Assembly: GCA_021613535.1 (NCBI GenBank)
Contig: CP075493.1
Location: 2,790,001 to 2,854,000 of the forward strand
Source: Adineta vaga
Taxonomy: Eukaryota; Animalia; Rotifera
Length of the DNA stretch: 64,000 bases
Direction of reading: 5' to 3'
Within the stretch, counting starts at the first letter, position 1, and every line of letters begins with the position of its first letter. The notes below the pieces were generated by a model, which saw only the letters and a program-made list of their open reading frames with translations, did no database searches and was not told where the DNA came from. Shown here one piece after another: positions 11,075-23,755 of the stretch. Both the position numbers and the translations under genes were made by a program.

Positions 11075-13534
11075 ATGGCGTCTAATATCGCTCCAAAATC
11101 TTCATGTAAACATTCTTCTGATAAATCTGTTTCACCTGATGTAAGTAACATATCTTTGGATGAAAGTGATGGTTCACTTCAAACAAATGAAATGAATATG
11201 AATGGAAATTCATATGTAAATACACCATCGCCATCATCAATCACATCGTTAAGTTCTCTCGATCGTTCATATAGACGTCGACAAACAAGTTTTAAAAGTA
11301 AGCTAACCAATGACTTGTATGTTAATAAAAAGGTTATTCTTTTTCTTTCTTAGATGATTATCGTTCACATTTACGAAACGTCGTTTTCGAACTGATAAAT
11401 TATTTCAACATACGCATTCACTCAATCGACAATATGTCGTCGCAATGACAAATATACTTTTTCAAATGCAAAAAGAAATCTATAGACTTCGACGACGTAC
11501 AAATCATATTGAGCAAATACTTTCGAAACAATCCAAATCAAGTCAGCCAATCATTCGTATCCCACGATTAACACGAGGTAGAATAAAATATAAAATATAA
11601 GAAAACAGATGATTGTGTTTTTTTTTCCTTTAGATGAACTTTCTACGATATATGTCAATAATAACGAAAACAAAGAAAGAACTGTTTCGGATATTTCTGA
11701 CGAAAATATCGATGGTTTACAATCAATAACAACGAATAGTATCGATTCTCCAAGTAAAGAATTTATTAAAATGAAACAAAAAGATTCATATCTTTGTAAT
11801 AGGTGAACATAAAGATGAGACATCAGGTTCAAAAGGATTCGAAACAAAATATCGTTCAAGTATCGAAATAACTCAACAAGAACAATCATCATCCTCATTA
11901 AATCAGAAAACAAAATATTGCATACGTTGTCAACATGAATTTTCACATCGATCGGGTTATCTACGTCATGTTAAAAATATACATAAAGGAATTGATCCTT
12001 CGATACCTGACAATGTCATTCTATATGAAGTATAATTCAGATTCCATTTTGTGAACGTTTTTTTTCCAACTATTTTTTTTCTAGAATGAGAATCCTCCGA
12101 GTGGTTCAACAAATACCACAATGGATCAACCATCAGGTAAATAGAACACATCGAAATCATTTCATATTTATTGAACTATTTAGGCAATTATTTCGACATG
12201 GACAATGAACAAGTACATTTTCTCGTTAATCAATGGGATATTGGAGAAGGCCGATTACGTCCAAGACCAGCTCCAAAATTAGTTAACGAACCGGCAACCA
12301 AAGTTAAATGTCATATTTGTAATAAATTCTATCGTGCTGAATATATCAAGGTTTGTACTAGGGATAATTTCATAACAGACTGCAAAATTTCAAAAAATAA
12401 CTTTTAACATCTTCCTATTTTAATCAATATTGACGTTCACAATTTGTTAATGTGAATAAATAGTTCTTTCTAACCTGGAAGCCTAGAGGAAAAAACTCAC
12501 AGTAAAATGTTTAGACAGATACAAACAACAATTATATTATATATTTAGAAACATGAAATACGTGCACATCATGAACGAAAATCATCCATTTCATCATCAA
12601 ATGATATTAATGTTATTCCTGATCCTATCGAATTCAATGTTGACAAACCTGTAGATGATATTCAACCAATTTCTAATGAATCACTTACAAATAATACCGA
12701 TCCTCCATCGGCAATCACTATTGCAGAAATGGATATTGATGATATGCCAATTGAATTTCGCGTAAGTTTTATTTGAAATAGAGAATATCTTAGTTAATGA
12801 AATCTTTTATTTAGAAACTTCCAAATAAACTATTTGTTATTGCTACTACGTGTCTTGAACGTTATCAATTAGTATGTATTTGAATATCTAGAATAAACTA
12901 AAAAATGAAAATCTTGTTTATTTAGAATCTTGTCGATGAATTTTTACAAAAATTTTCTTCTCAAGTTTGTCAAACAAATATGATTGATTCTCAAACAACA
13001 CATTTGATAATCAATGATGATGAACATCCATTACGTTCACCATTATCCATGAAATTAATTGAAGCTGTTGCCAATCATTGTTATTGTGTTTCACATCGTT
13101 GGATTGTTGAATGTCTTCGATATGATCGACTTGTTGATGAAGCACGCTTCGAAATTGAAGGTGATAATACCGATTCTCAACCTCATGGTGGACCAAAACG
13201 ATCTCGTTTAGCCGAGAAACGTCATGCTTTATTTGAAAATGTTTGTTTCATGATTAAATGTACAGAAAATAATGATATTAAATTAAGTAATGAACGCTTG
13301 CAAGAATTGATTACTACATGTGGTGGACAAATCATAACCTGTGTAACTCAGAGCTTACTTCGTCAATATACCATTGTTGTTCTTTGTGATAAATTATATG
13401 TTTCTGAACGACGTCATAATTATGATCAATGTCAATTATTAGGTATTCATTTTGTTTCTTCAGATTGGGTACTTGAATCAATTCTTGAATATCAACAAAA
13501 AACACTTTCATTATTTGCAGAAACGCCATTATAA
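11075..13534 (+). CDS. Two C2H2 zinc fingers plus BRCA1/BARD1-type tandem BRCT protein (apparent 1-nt deletion near 11377)
   Basis: C2H2 fingers CIRCQHEFSHRSGYLRHVKNIH and CHICNKFYRAEYIK|KHEIRAH; BRCT1 (TTHLII..SMKLIEAV..VSHRWIVECL), linker FEIEGD..HGGPKRSR, BRCT2 (LFENVCF..LITTCGGQI..VSSDWVLESI). Confidence 0.85.
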
Positions 13535-13750
13535 ATGATTTTTTTTTAATTTTTATTTGTTCTTTTTATTGTGTACAAAAATAATACAAAACAATCTTTT
13601 TTCTTCTGTGTAGAAGTAATATCAATGAGAAATCAAGATAGGCTGTGACTACGAATGAATATTCTTATCATTTTTATTGTTTGTTTATTCTTTTCGTTTT
13701 TTGCTTTTTTTGGTAATAGATTATAATTAGAAAATCTAATAAAAAGAATT

Positions 13751-16131
13751 ATGACCACTACTACAAGTTCATCATCATCATCATCAATTCTCCCAGATAA
13801 AGATCAAATTCGTGTACATGTTCGACGAGATGGTTCAATTGAAAGACAACGATTTAATGGACGTGTTTGGAGACAATTATGTAAATATGATGGCGGAGAG
13901 GAATGTCAAGCATTCGTTGCTTATAGGAGTCTTTGTGTTGGACATTATCATCAAACATCAGGTATAACGGTTAATGAATCGAAACGTAGACAATTAATTC
14001 AACAATCAGCAGCTGCTGCTGCATCATCTAAGGCAACAACAACAACATCAACAACGGGATCAATAATACCAACAAAACTTCGATATTGTTCGTATTGTTA
14101 ATTGAATATAAGAAAAATAAATAAAATTTCTCTATTATCTTTTAGCAGTTGAAACACCTTTATCTCTTGGTCTTAAAAGTGAGTTAGAAAATGATTTTCT
14201 TTCGTTACTATCAATTATCAATTCAGATTGGCGACGGAAAACTGTTCAACCAAATTGTAAGTCATATATCTCGATTCTATACCTTACATTTTTTCATAGA
14301 AATAGAATTGTTATTTTTATCATACTTATTCAATGTTTTGCCTAGATATGTTAGTAGTCTTAAAGTTTAAAAAAAGTAAATTAATTCATTCATTCAGATT
14401 TGACATGTTCAGTCGAAGGAATGTTTTTTAGCAAGTGGAAGAATTACCTTTTTTTTAATTGCAGACAACAGGCACTAGTAAGATCCGATTAAAAACATAT
14501 AAAATTGTAATTACCATACGAGACGAGTTTTTTTTCTTATAAAAGCGTGCCTGTCTGGAAATATTATAAGAAAAAATAGAACTGCCATTAGTACGGAGCA
14601 TGAAAAATGTTTGCTAAACGTATCTACTTATAAAAAGAAGTATAAAATAATGAAAAATAAATATGTTGATTGAGAGGTACTCAGACATTAATAACGTTCA
14701 CTTGAATTTATTAAAATTATGAAATGTATATCTATATGACAACAATAACTAAGAACACCTTGATGAATATATAAATCAAAGGAAAGAAACAACACATCAC
14801 AGATTATTGAAATATGTGTCAAACTAATTCAATATTGATTTGAATAGTGAAACAATTCATTACTCACTTTCGAGTACTCCATATATATTATCTTCGAACT
14901 ATTTCATGTACTCAACAACAATAATAAACGTCGAAAATCCGATGAATGGGTTCTTTTAAAACGTTCTCGTTTCGATACAAATCAAAATAGTATGTCTTTC
15001 TTTTCCTTTTTAAAAAAGAAAAAAGAAATACATCTCATATTGAATCCTTCTAGTACCTCCTGTTCAATCAATTTTACCTAATACAACAACAAATGCAACT
15101 TTAGATGAATCAGCTGCAACATCTGATGTAAACCTTTGAAAATCGAAGACAAAAGTTTCATACATAGAGTTTTGTTTTCTCTAGTCAAATCAAGCATGTT
15201 CATCAGCTAGTTCAATGGAAAGTCGTCTTGATGATTATGTAATGACGCCCAAACCGATATCAATAACTGGTTCTCGTCTAACTGATGAACAAATGGTAAG
15301 ACGAGTGAAAAAATTAAAGAAAACTTAGCCATGAAATTCATCTCCTATTTCAATCAGGATCGTTTGGATCAATTTCTTCAACGTTTTAATGTTCATTATT
15401 CGGATGAAATTGATGAAAAAACTACACATTTAATAACCGATGATACAACAATTCCATTCGTTTGTGCTTTATCATCGAAAGTTGTTCATGCATTAGCACG
15501 TCATTTAACTGTTTTATCGATACGTTGGATTGATGAATGTCTTCGTTGTGATAAACTTTTACTCGATGAATTATCTTTACAATTTGAAATACGTGGTGAT
15601 TTAACATGTGCAACAATGTTTCATGGTGGTATGCAACGATCACGTTTAATTACACGAAGACATTCATTATTTTCCAAACATATCTTTATGTTGAAATGTT
15701 CAGGTGTACAAAATGTAAGATGAACTTTGCTTCTTCTTCTTCTTCTTCTTCTTTGTTTTTCGAGAACATAAAATAAACATGATACATTTTAGTTGATGGA
15801 TAATCAAGAATTACGTACATTAATAACATTATGTGGTGGTCATACATGTTCATCATTACGTACAGATCAAGTAACACGTTGGACAGCACAAGGCAAAATG
15901 ATTGTTGTTCTTTGTGAACAATCGTATGTTCAAGAACGTCAAGATAAATATTGGAAATGTGTGGAATTAGGTATAAGATTTTGTTCACCAGAATTTATTA
16001 TTGAATCAATTGCTCAATATCAAGTTCAAGATTATGCTATTTATGAAGAAGAACCTCAACAAGAAGATGATAATGATGATGAAGAGAATGAAAATGTCAA
16101 TGATGATGATGATAATGATGATGATCAATAG
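13751..16131 (+). CDS. Cys/His module plus BRCA1/BARD1-type tandem BRCT protein with acidic tail
   Basis: N-terminal RQRFNGRVWRQLC-x7-C..LCVGH; BRCT1 (ITGSRL..TTHLIT..SSKVVHAL..LSIRWIDECL), linker FEIRGD..HGGMQRSR, BRCT2 (LITLCGGH..SPEFIIESI), D/E-rich end. Confidence 0.85.
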
Positions 16132-17194
16132 AAACTGTCTTTTATTTATCTTATAGTTTTCTTTTTCGTTTGTTTTCGTTGATATTTAGTAAGCAGATTG
16201 TGTGAAAAGAAAAGAAAAGCCGGTGATACTGAAACGATATATTTGTGTGTTTGTGTGTGTGTCAGATATGTTTTGTCGTTTTTCCATTTGTTTCTTTTTT
16301 TGTTAGTGACTGTATGTCAGATGATTTTCTCTACTTGTTCTTGTTATTGTTGTTACTTAAAAACAGTGCAAAGAAAATAAAAACAGAAATCCATCTCGGT
16401 GAAAATGAAACAGATTCATGATTCATCATTTCGACTAGATTTTTAATTAGTTTCAATCAGAATCTCAATATATAGTTAAATTAACAATTAATACAAATAA
16501 ATATTAATGTCAACATTCATTATTCGATTTCTATTACATATCTTATTAACTAAAAGATCAAACATATACCGTAAAGATGAACAAATAACAGATATGTCAC
16601 TCAATGTTAATAGATTTCGAGACGGAAGTGCGAGTGAAGTCTCGCCAGCATATCCCTGACCGCACTTTCTCCCTCGATAGATTCTCTATCTTCTCTGTGT
16701 ATGTTAAAGATGTCCTGTATTTTGTTTTTCATCTTAAACAATAAGTTGAATGCACGGGAACTTTCTGACATTTTCTCCATTGTATTCTGATTGAGAATTC
16801 TTGCATTTGGAAAATGTCAAGAAAAAAAGGAGAGTATCGGAAAAGATAAAGAAAACATGGTCGTCTATTACATGAATAAATATACTCAACAATTATTTTA
16901 ATCATTTTGATTCAGTAAGAGAATATATTTATATTGTATATATGACAAGTAAAACATGATTTGACATTCATATCAGTTATTTGATATATTTTACATATAG
17001 TTATATTTACATTCTCGAATATTTCTTTCAAATCAATGGAAACAGAACAATTATTGAGTTGTTTTTCGTTCATTTAAACTAAAATAATATATGCAACATA
17101 GTACGAATGGAAATCTATGTATATCGAAAGAAGATGTCAGCTGATCCGATAAGTGATAAAGAGAAAAGATAATAACAAAAAGAAAGAAGAAGTA

Positions 17195-17632
17195 TTATTT
17201 TCTTGTTAATTTAAGTGCATCAGATAAAATTTCAGTTGTTGCTAAATCTTCTGTATGATCCATTTGTGTCATTGCGATGGCTGTTTTCATTGCAGCTAAC
17301 ATTTCATTGGTTGATTTATCACTATCCTCATCTGATGTTATTTTTGTTGCTAATTTCAATGCAATTGCCAACGATTCAGGTGTTAAATCGTGTTGCTGCT
17401 GTTGTTCTTCATCATTTGAATTCTTGCTTGTTGATACTTTTATAGCAGTATTGATATTTTCTGGTGTTAATTTATCTTGTTTGTCAGTTGAAAGTGCTGC
17501 TAATCGAATTGCACTAGCTAACAGATCTGGTGTTAATTTTCTTGATTGGTCACTTTCTTTTGTTAGTCTAGTTGCAGCACGTAAAGCTGATGCCATCGCT
17601 TCAACCGGTGAACTTGGTTCATTAGTTGCCAT
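17195..17632 (-). CDS. Intronless 145-aa protein of imperfect helical repeats, unknown function
   Basis: Clean ATG-to-TAA ORF with repeats SPVEAMASALRAA / LTPDLLASAIRLA / LTPENINTAIKVS / LTPESLAIALKLA / STNEMLAAMKTA / ATTEILSDALKL. Confidence 0.7.
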   Translation of the reverse strand: MATNEPSSPVEAMASALRAATRLTKESDQSRKLTPDLLASAIRLAALSTDKQDKLTPENINTAIKVSTSKNSNDEEQQQQHDLTPESLAIALKLATKITSDEDSDKSTNEMLAAMKTAIAMTQMDHTEDLATTEILSDALKLTRK

Positions 17633-20219
17633 AATTTTTTCTTTCTGACGTCAGAGAGAAAACTTTTCAAACGATAATATTCTTAACTGATTATGTAGAA
17701 GTAAAATACGAAAGGAAAAACGATGTTATTTTGCAAGGTTTTTTCTCTTTTCTTTTTTTCTTCTCGTTAGTTATAAAGAAAACAAATGATTTGTAAGGTA
17801 ACCATAACAGAAAAGGAAAATATCATCTAAAAATATAACACGAGAAAAGAAAGAAAAGAAAAAGAAGTTTCGTGATGTTTAAAATTAAAATGTACTTTAT
17901 AATACTTGAAAAAGTCGAACTCGTACATTGATTAAAAAAAAAGACAATTTTATCATTTGTTCGATTTCAATATTGTTTAATAATATTCCATCGAGACTTT
18001 TTTTTGCGTAATATTATTAGAGAGAACGATATACGATCTGATGTGATTATACTAAAAATGTTAATCTATATTACGAGATGATCAAAAGTCGATCGTTGAT
18101 TAGACGATTTATATGTGAATAATATCAAACAAATGTCATGATCGTCATAGAACGATCGAATGAGTTTTCAATACAATTATATTAGTGCCATATGAATGAT
18201 CAAAAAGACAATGCGTAATATCGAATAATTTTGTAAGATATTCATTTGGTTATGTTAGTTTTTTTATTCACATCATTCCAATAAATCCTAATCTTTCATG
18301 TCAGGTATTAATTAATATCTCCATTGTTTATTTGTATTTTTTTTCTATAGTTCATCGTCATTCTTTATACTTTATTAGAAGAAACATGTCTTCATTGTGT
18401 AATAGTATGTGATGATGATGAACCTTCAAGAACTAATGTTGATAGGAACATTCCCTTTCTCTCTCTTAGAAGATGATGATTCAATCGATTGGTGTCAGCA
18501 TCTTAACCTTCGACGATTTTATGACAGACAGGTGATTGATAGTCATAGGCGTCAATTGTTTGGATTATCCCTATCTTCTTGATTTCTAGTTTTGTTTTAT
18601 TCGTTATCATATATCTCTCGATACTTATTTGAGAATAACCTTCGGGACGAAGACATGCCGATAGAGAATGTTCAACTAGATACAATGTCATTAAACGTCA
18701 TTGGTTTATGGTCTATTCTATCTGCCGATATCCGAACTATGTTTATCATTTGATCATGTGATCATCGCTCTCTCTCTTTCTCAATCGAATTCATTCATGC
18801 AATCGAATTATCATATAGATGAATTTCAAAACGTAGAAGAAAACTATTCGATAGAAACAAAAGATTTTTTTTTGTCTCAATCGAAATGTCAAAAAACATC
18901 CTCAAAGATGCCATTCAAATAATCAGATATTCTATCTTCAATGTTCATGATAGTAATTGCATTTACGTCAGTCGACAGTCTATCGCACAACATTTTCGAT
19001 TTCTCGATCTCTATTCTTTTCTATGGAATATTCAATCGAGAAACACAATGATGCGTAAGAAAATATCTGATTTCTTTTTAGTATTCTATTTTATTAGATA
19101 TCGAGCAATCATAATCGACAAATGAAGGTTATCTAATAGGAGAGAAGAAGGTGAACTTCATTGAAGTAGACTTGTCCGCGCTTCTGTTGTCGGCGACCTT
19201 ACTCGATGATGTACGTGTATGTCTCAATTAGAACAGACCTTGATTTAACTCTAAAAATGATAGTAATGTCGCCATATTCATTTCTGTTTGATACTAAAAT
19301 CGTCACTTTTTTTTCTCTCACTAAGATCGATGTTCATCGTAACAACTTATTCTCATGGTCAGTATTATCATCGTTCAAAAGATATAAAGTTTCTTTCTTT
19401 CTTTTTTGTACAAATAAACGATCATAGAACATACTATTTGATATCGATTAGCCATTTTGATGATAAATCTATGCGTATGGTTAGTAAACTGTTGAGTTCT
19501 TGTCAATAGTAGATCAGATTTTACCTTCATCTGTTTTTCCTCTCGTCGGTTTTTTTTTTCAATATTCAAGGCAAAATAGATAATTTCGACTTTGTAGTCA
19601 TCGAAGAGAAACCAAAATAGACTAGCTCAAAATTTTTGGTTCTTATTTCATAATAATGTAGAATCTTTGAAAAAGAACACTGATGTGGTTCAAATTATCA
19701 TATCGTTGTAAAAAAAAAAGGATCATATTATTACTAGTAATGTGAGCAGAGAGAGAGGCGTTGAGAAAAAGAGGCGAAGGAAAAAAGACATTTAAGAACA
19801 CTTCTAGTTTCTCTTTTCTTCCTGATTTTATATATTTGACTAAATAATTTCTTTCATCATCATGTTTTATTGTGACTACCAAATGATTAGAGATGAATAT
19901 GAAAAAGAAATGATATAGTTAGATAAATAGAATTTGTCATTCTTTTATCAAACTACGCCATATCGATCTGACTTATATTTTCCAAAGCGAAATTCTATAC
20001 ATCAGTAAAGTTAATAGCTACTGATTTACATTGATAATTATTGTTAATTATGTTCTTCTCTATCTAGACTTTTTTTTCTAACGAGAAATATTATTATCGC
20101 TTGGCAGAATACTTTTTATTTTGTTACTGATGTGTCTCTGTCAGATGACGTATTATCAGATGAAAGAAAGAAACTATTAGACAGACAAACATTGTCACTC
20201 TTACTTCTAGATTGAAAAC

Positions 20220-22339
20220 ATGAATAGTTTGAATCAAACCAATTCTGTGGATATATTACCGACTTCGGCAGCATCTTTTCATCGTTCATTGCAACGTTTT
20301 GGTATTATCTACATAGCAGCTGTAATTACACTTGGATTTATTGGAAACTCTATATCATCCTATGTTTTCATTCGAAGTAAACTTAAGTAAAAACGTATTT
20401 TTTTTCCAAATATAATTACATTTTCTAATAATATTTCGTTTATTTTTAGACGTTTAAGTTGCAGTTCATATCTAATCGCTTTATCTCTTTCTGATAATGG
20501 CTATCTAATATGTTTAAGTCTAATCTGGTTAGAAAATCTACGAATCAATATATTTCATAACAATGGCATTTGTCAAATTGCTGTTTATCTTACAACTGTT
20601 TTCAGTTCATTATCTGTTTGGTAAGTATTACATTTGCGAACAAATTTAATAGTCATTCTATAAATGGAAATGTTTAAAAGTTCAAAAAACATATCATGTG
20701 AAATTTTCATTAGACAATCTTGTTGATTATAGATAATTTCATGAGTGACATTCTCGATATGTTTTCATCATACCAAAATAGACAAATGAAGGCGTTTAAT
20801 AATAGAGATAACAAGTTTCTTTGATCTCTAAACGAAATTAAAGTACTCTTAAAAATCTTCGCCGATTTGATTAAGGTTCGTTCATCAAAGACATATCTAT
20901 AAATATCAATGAATTGTCTCATTAAAAGGAAACGTGCAACTATACGAATATAGTATCATTTCATTCGCCGTTCAATACATTTAATTAGATTCAATTTCCA
21001 TCGTTGTAATATGATACTCTTCATTGTAGAAAATGCAATTCGATTAGATCGACAGGAAAACTCCAAGACATTTGAGTTGTAGCGTATGGGTTGAATTAAT
21101 TGTCAAAAAATACGCTTAAATGTTAGAAAAGAATGGTATTAGAGAGAGAAAATAGATGTAACTTTAAATGTCACGTTTGATGTAATAAAAGAATGTTACG
21201 GAAGAATGGACGTCAAACAGTTTCGTTCGGTTAATACGCACGCATGCTCAAATTTTTAAATGTAATAGTATTCGGTAGAAATAAAGTCATGATTCCATTT
21301 ATTCTATTTATAATAGTTCAAAATATAGAAATTGAGTACTCTTACTATTAATAGGTTTACTGTTACTTTTACAATTGAACGTTTCGTTGTTGTTGCTTAT
21401 CCATTGAAACGTTCGCAATATAATTCAGCAAGTCGTTCTCGTTATGTTATTCTTCTATTAACATTTTTGGCTATTCTTCTCTATTCCTCGTCATTATGGA
21501 CATCAGGTATCGAAATAGCTGAAACACAACGTTCACCAACATCTTCTCGTGAAACACGTTGTGTTACTCTTCGTCCTTGGGTGAAATTTACACGTCAAAT
21601 GAATATAATCGATTTTTTTCTCACATTTATCATCCCATTTTTTACAATTCTTACATTAAATACATTAATTATTTTAAAATCTGGTCATTATGATCGTTTA
21701 TTAGAACGAAACTATATTCAACCATCAACATATGTTCTACATAATCTCTTAGAACATCGTTTACGTCGTTCAAAATATCATCGACGTATAACGAAAATGT
21801 TATTAATTATTTCAACAACATTTCTATTACTAAATACACCAATGCATTTATTAAAAATCTATTATTTCTTTTTTTCAACAGATGATAATCATGATGAAAA
21901 TAATTCAATCGAATCAATCATTGAAATGTTAACATTCTATTTATTTTATACGAATTTTTCCATAAATTTCTTTCTTTATTCATTATGTGGAAAAAATTTT
22001 CGTTCATCATTGATGGATTTGATAAAACATTTGAGAAAAAATACTCAGACAACAAGTTTCTTTTCACAAACAGGTGATTATCCATTTGGACAATATTATC
22101 AACGTTCACATCCTTTTCATCTGCATTCACGTTTTGTTAAACGTGAACTTAGTAGTACATTTAGTAATGGAAATGGTTTTATGTCAACATCAAACATTGC
22201 AGGAACAATGGCAACTGGTATAAGTCAACAAACATTACATCCATCATCATCCGCATCATCATTTCAACGAAGTTCATTGAAAATTGAATTACATACACCA
22301 GCTGTCGTGAAATTTTATCCAGCTTTAACAATGAAATAA
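20220..22339 (+). CDS. Class A peptide-type GPCR (3 exons: ~20220-20385, 20450-20620, 21355-22339)
   Basis: TM1 LGFIGNSIS, TM2 YLIALSLSDNGYL, TM3 FTIERFVVVAYPL, TM6 KMLLIISTTFLLLNTP, TM7 TNFSINFFLYSLCGKNFR; FMRFamide/sex-peptide-receptor-like group. Confidence 0.92.
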
Positions 22340-22409
22340 TTGTTCAGATTTTCATTTGTACATACTTCAAACGTTAAACGAATGAAGAAAAACCAAACAT
22401 TATTTTCAT

Positions 22410-22432
22410 TGTTGTTGTTGTTGTTGTTGTTG
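22410..22432. repeat. (GTT)n microsatellite downstream of the GPCR stop codon
   Basis: Direct GTT repeats. Confidence 0.85.
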
Positions 22433-22788
22433 TGCAAAATGAATGCTTGGCAAAAAAAACATTTTCTTCATTGTTTTTTTCGTGTTCCATTGTGAATAAT
22501 CTATGCTTTCGTAGTACGTTCATTGTCTTTGTTTTCTACTTTTCAGTAAGATTGCAATGAATACAAGAAAAATACTTTGATTTCTACTCAATAGTTTTGA
22601 TATATGAAACCTTAATAATGATGACGAGATGCATCTGATAATATAGAAAAGTCTAGAATTTCTCAGACTTTGTAGATCGAAAGAGTTCTCCGAGTAAATT
22701 TGAATGATCTATTAGTCGAAAAATGAATACATCCTATTTGAAATTTCTTCTTTTTGTTTATTTCAACACAAATAATCAAAACAATAGA

Positions 22789-23557
22789 TTAATTCTTTTT
22801 CTTTGTTATTGGAACAATCTGTTGTTGTAATTGTTTTTTAATAAGATCAAATGGACTGCTGGAATATTCAACTGATTGAGAAATCTTATTGAATGTATCA
22901 ATATTAGCTTGACTAGAAGAAGAATTTATTTAAATAAAAATAAAAGAGAATCTTGTTTTTCTCCAGTTTTACCTCTGTCGATTACGTTCAATCTGTGATG
23001 GAATTTGTTTTTGTGTATTTTTCTTTGTTGCCATTGTTAAACGTTGTTCTTCCAAATAGGATTCAATCTGACCAAGAGAATTTTCAAATTCATGTTTCAT
23101 GTCACTAACAATAACAGTTTGTCGACGAGCAGCTCGTTCTTTTGCTTCACGTTTTGATTCATGATCGGCATGAAGACCTGGAAGAAATGAATAGAAAGGT
23201 TAAGTACGAAGTGATCTATCATTGTTAAATTAATGGGTAAATTATTTAACTTACGTTTCAAAAGAAATTGTCGTTTCAATTTGATTTTATCTTTCTTCTT
23301 TGATACGAGTGATTTTATTGTTTTATTAGATATTACACTACGTTTATCGAAATCAATATCATTATGTTCAGCTAATTCTTCATCTTCTAACAAATCATCA
23401 TCATCATCAACATCGTCCATGATCTAAAAATATTCGATTCAATAAAAAAAGAAATCTTTTTATAACAACTTACTTCTTCATCTTCGACTTGTTTCGGTAC
23501 AATTTTTACATCTTGTTTCGATTTACTTTTACTTTTATTAAGACGAAGTTTACCCAT
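22789..23557 (-). CDS. SLX9: Ribosome biogenesis factor SLX9/FAM207A homolog (4 exons)
   Basis: MGKLRLNK..., KKKDKIKLKRQFLLKRL, ERAARRQTVIVSDMK, FNKISQSVEYSSSPFDLIKKQL match the FAM207A/SLX9 pattern (MGK start, KKEKMKLRR, RRATVVVGDL, AYRASPL). Confidence 0.75.
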
Positions 23558-23755
23558 ATTTATCTAAAATACCGATTAGATTAGCAAAAAAGGGGACTAC
23601 AAAGTTACTCTGAAAGCACGGGTATTAGAACATGTCAAAAGATCATCAAATGCAATTTTTTTGATAAAAAAACAAAGAGTATATATAAGTATGTTAATAT
23701 AAATAAAATAAAGTTCTTCTCTTCTTCTTTTTTTTCGTCTGCTATTTGTGTCACA

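Noticed and set aside
14340-14630. Weak inverted similarity inside a long intron of the second BRCT gene, possible MITE remnant
   Set aside because: No clean TIR pair or TSD could be defined by eye.
17215-17648. Plus-strand ORFs including a poly-Cys stretch
   Set aside because: Antisense shadows of the minus-strand repeat protein; the poly-Cys mirrors a poly-Gln run.
17700-20150. Short ORFs in a 2.4-kb gene-poor stretch
   Set aside because: No splice-consistent coding frame or motifs; likely upstream regulatory or 5' UTR intron sequence of the flanking genes.
22789-23557. Initially considered as further 3' exons of the calpain
   Set aside because: Calpain terminates in frame at 23756; this segment has its own ATG and SLX9 motifs.
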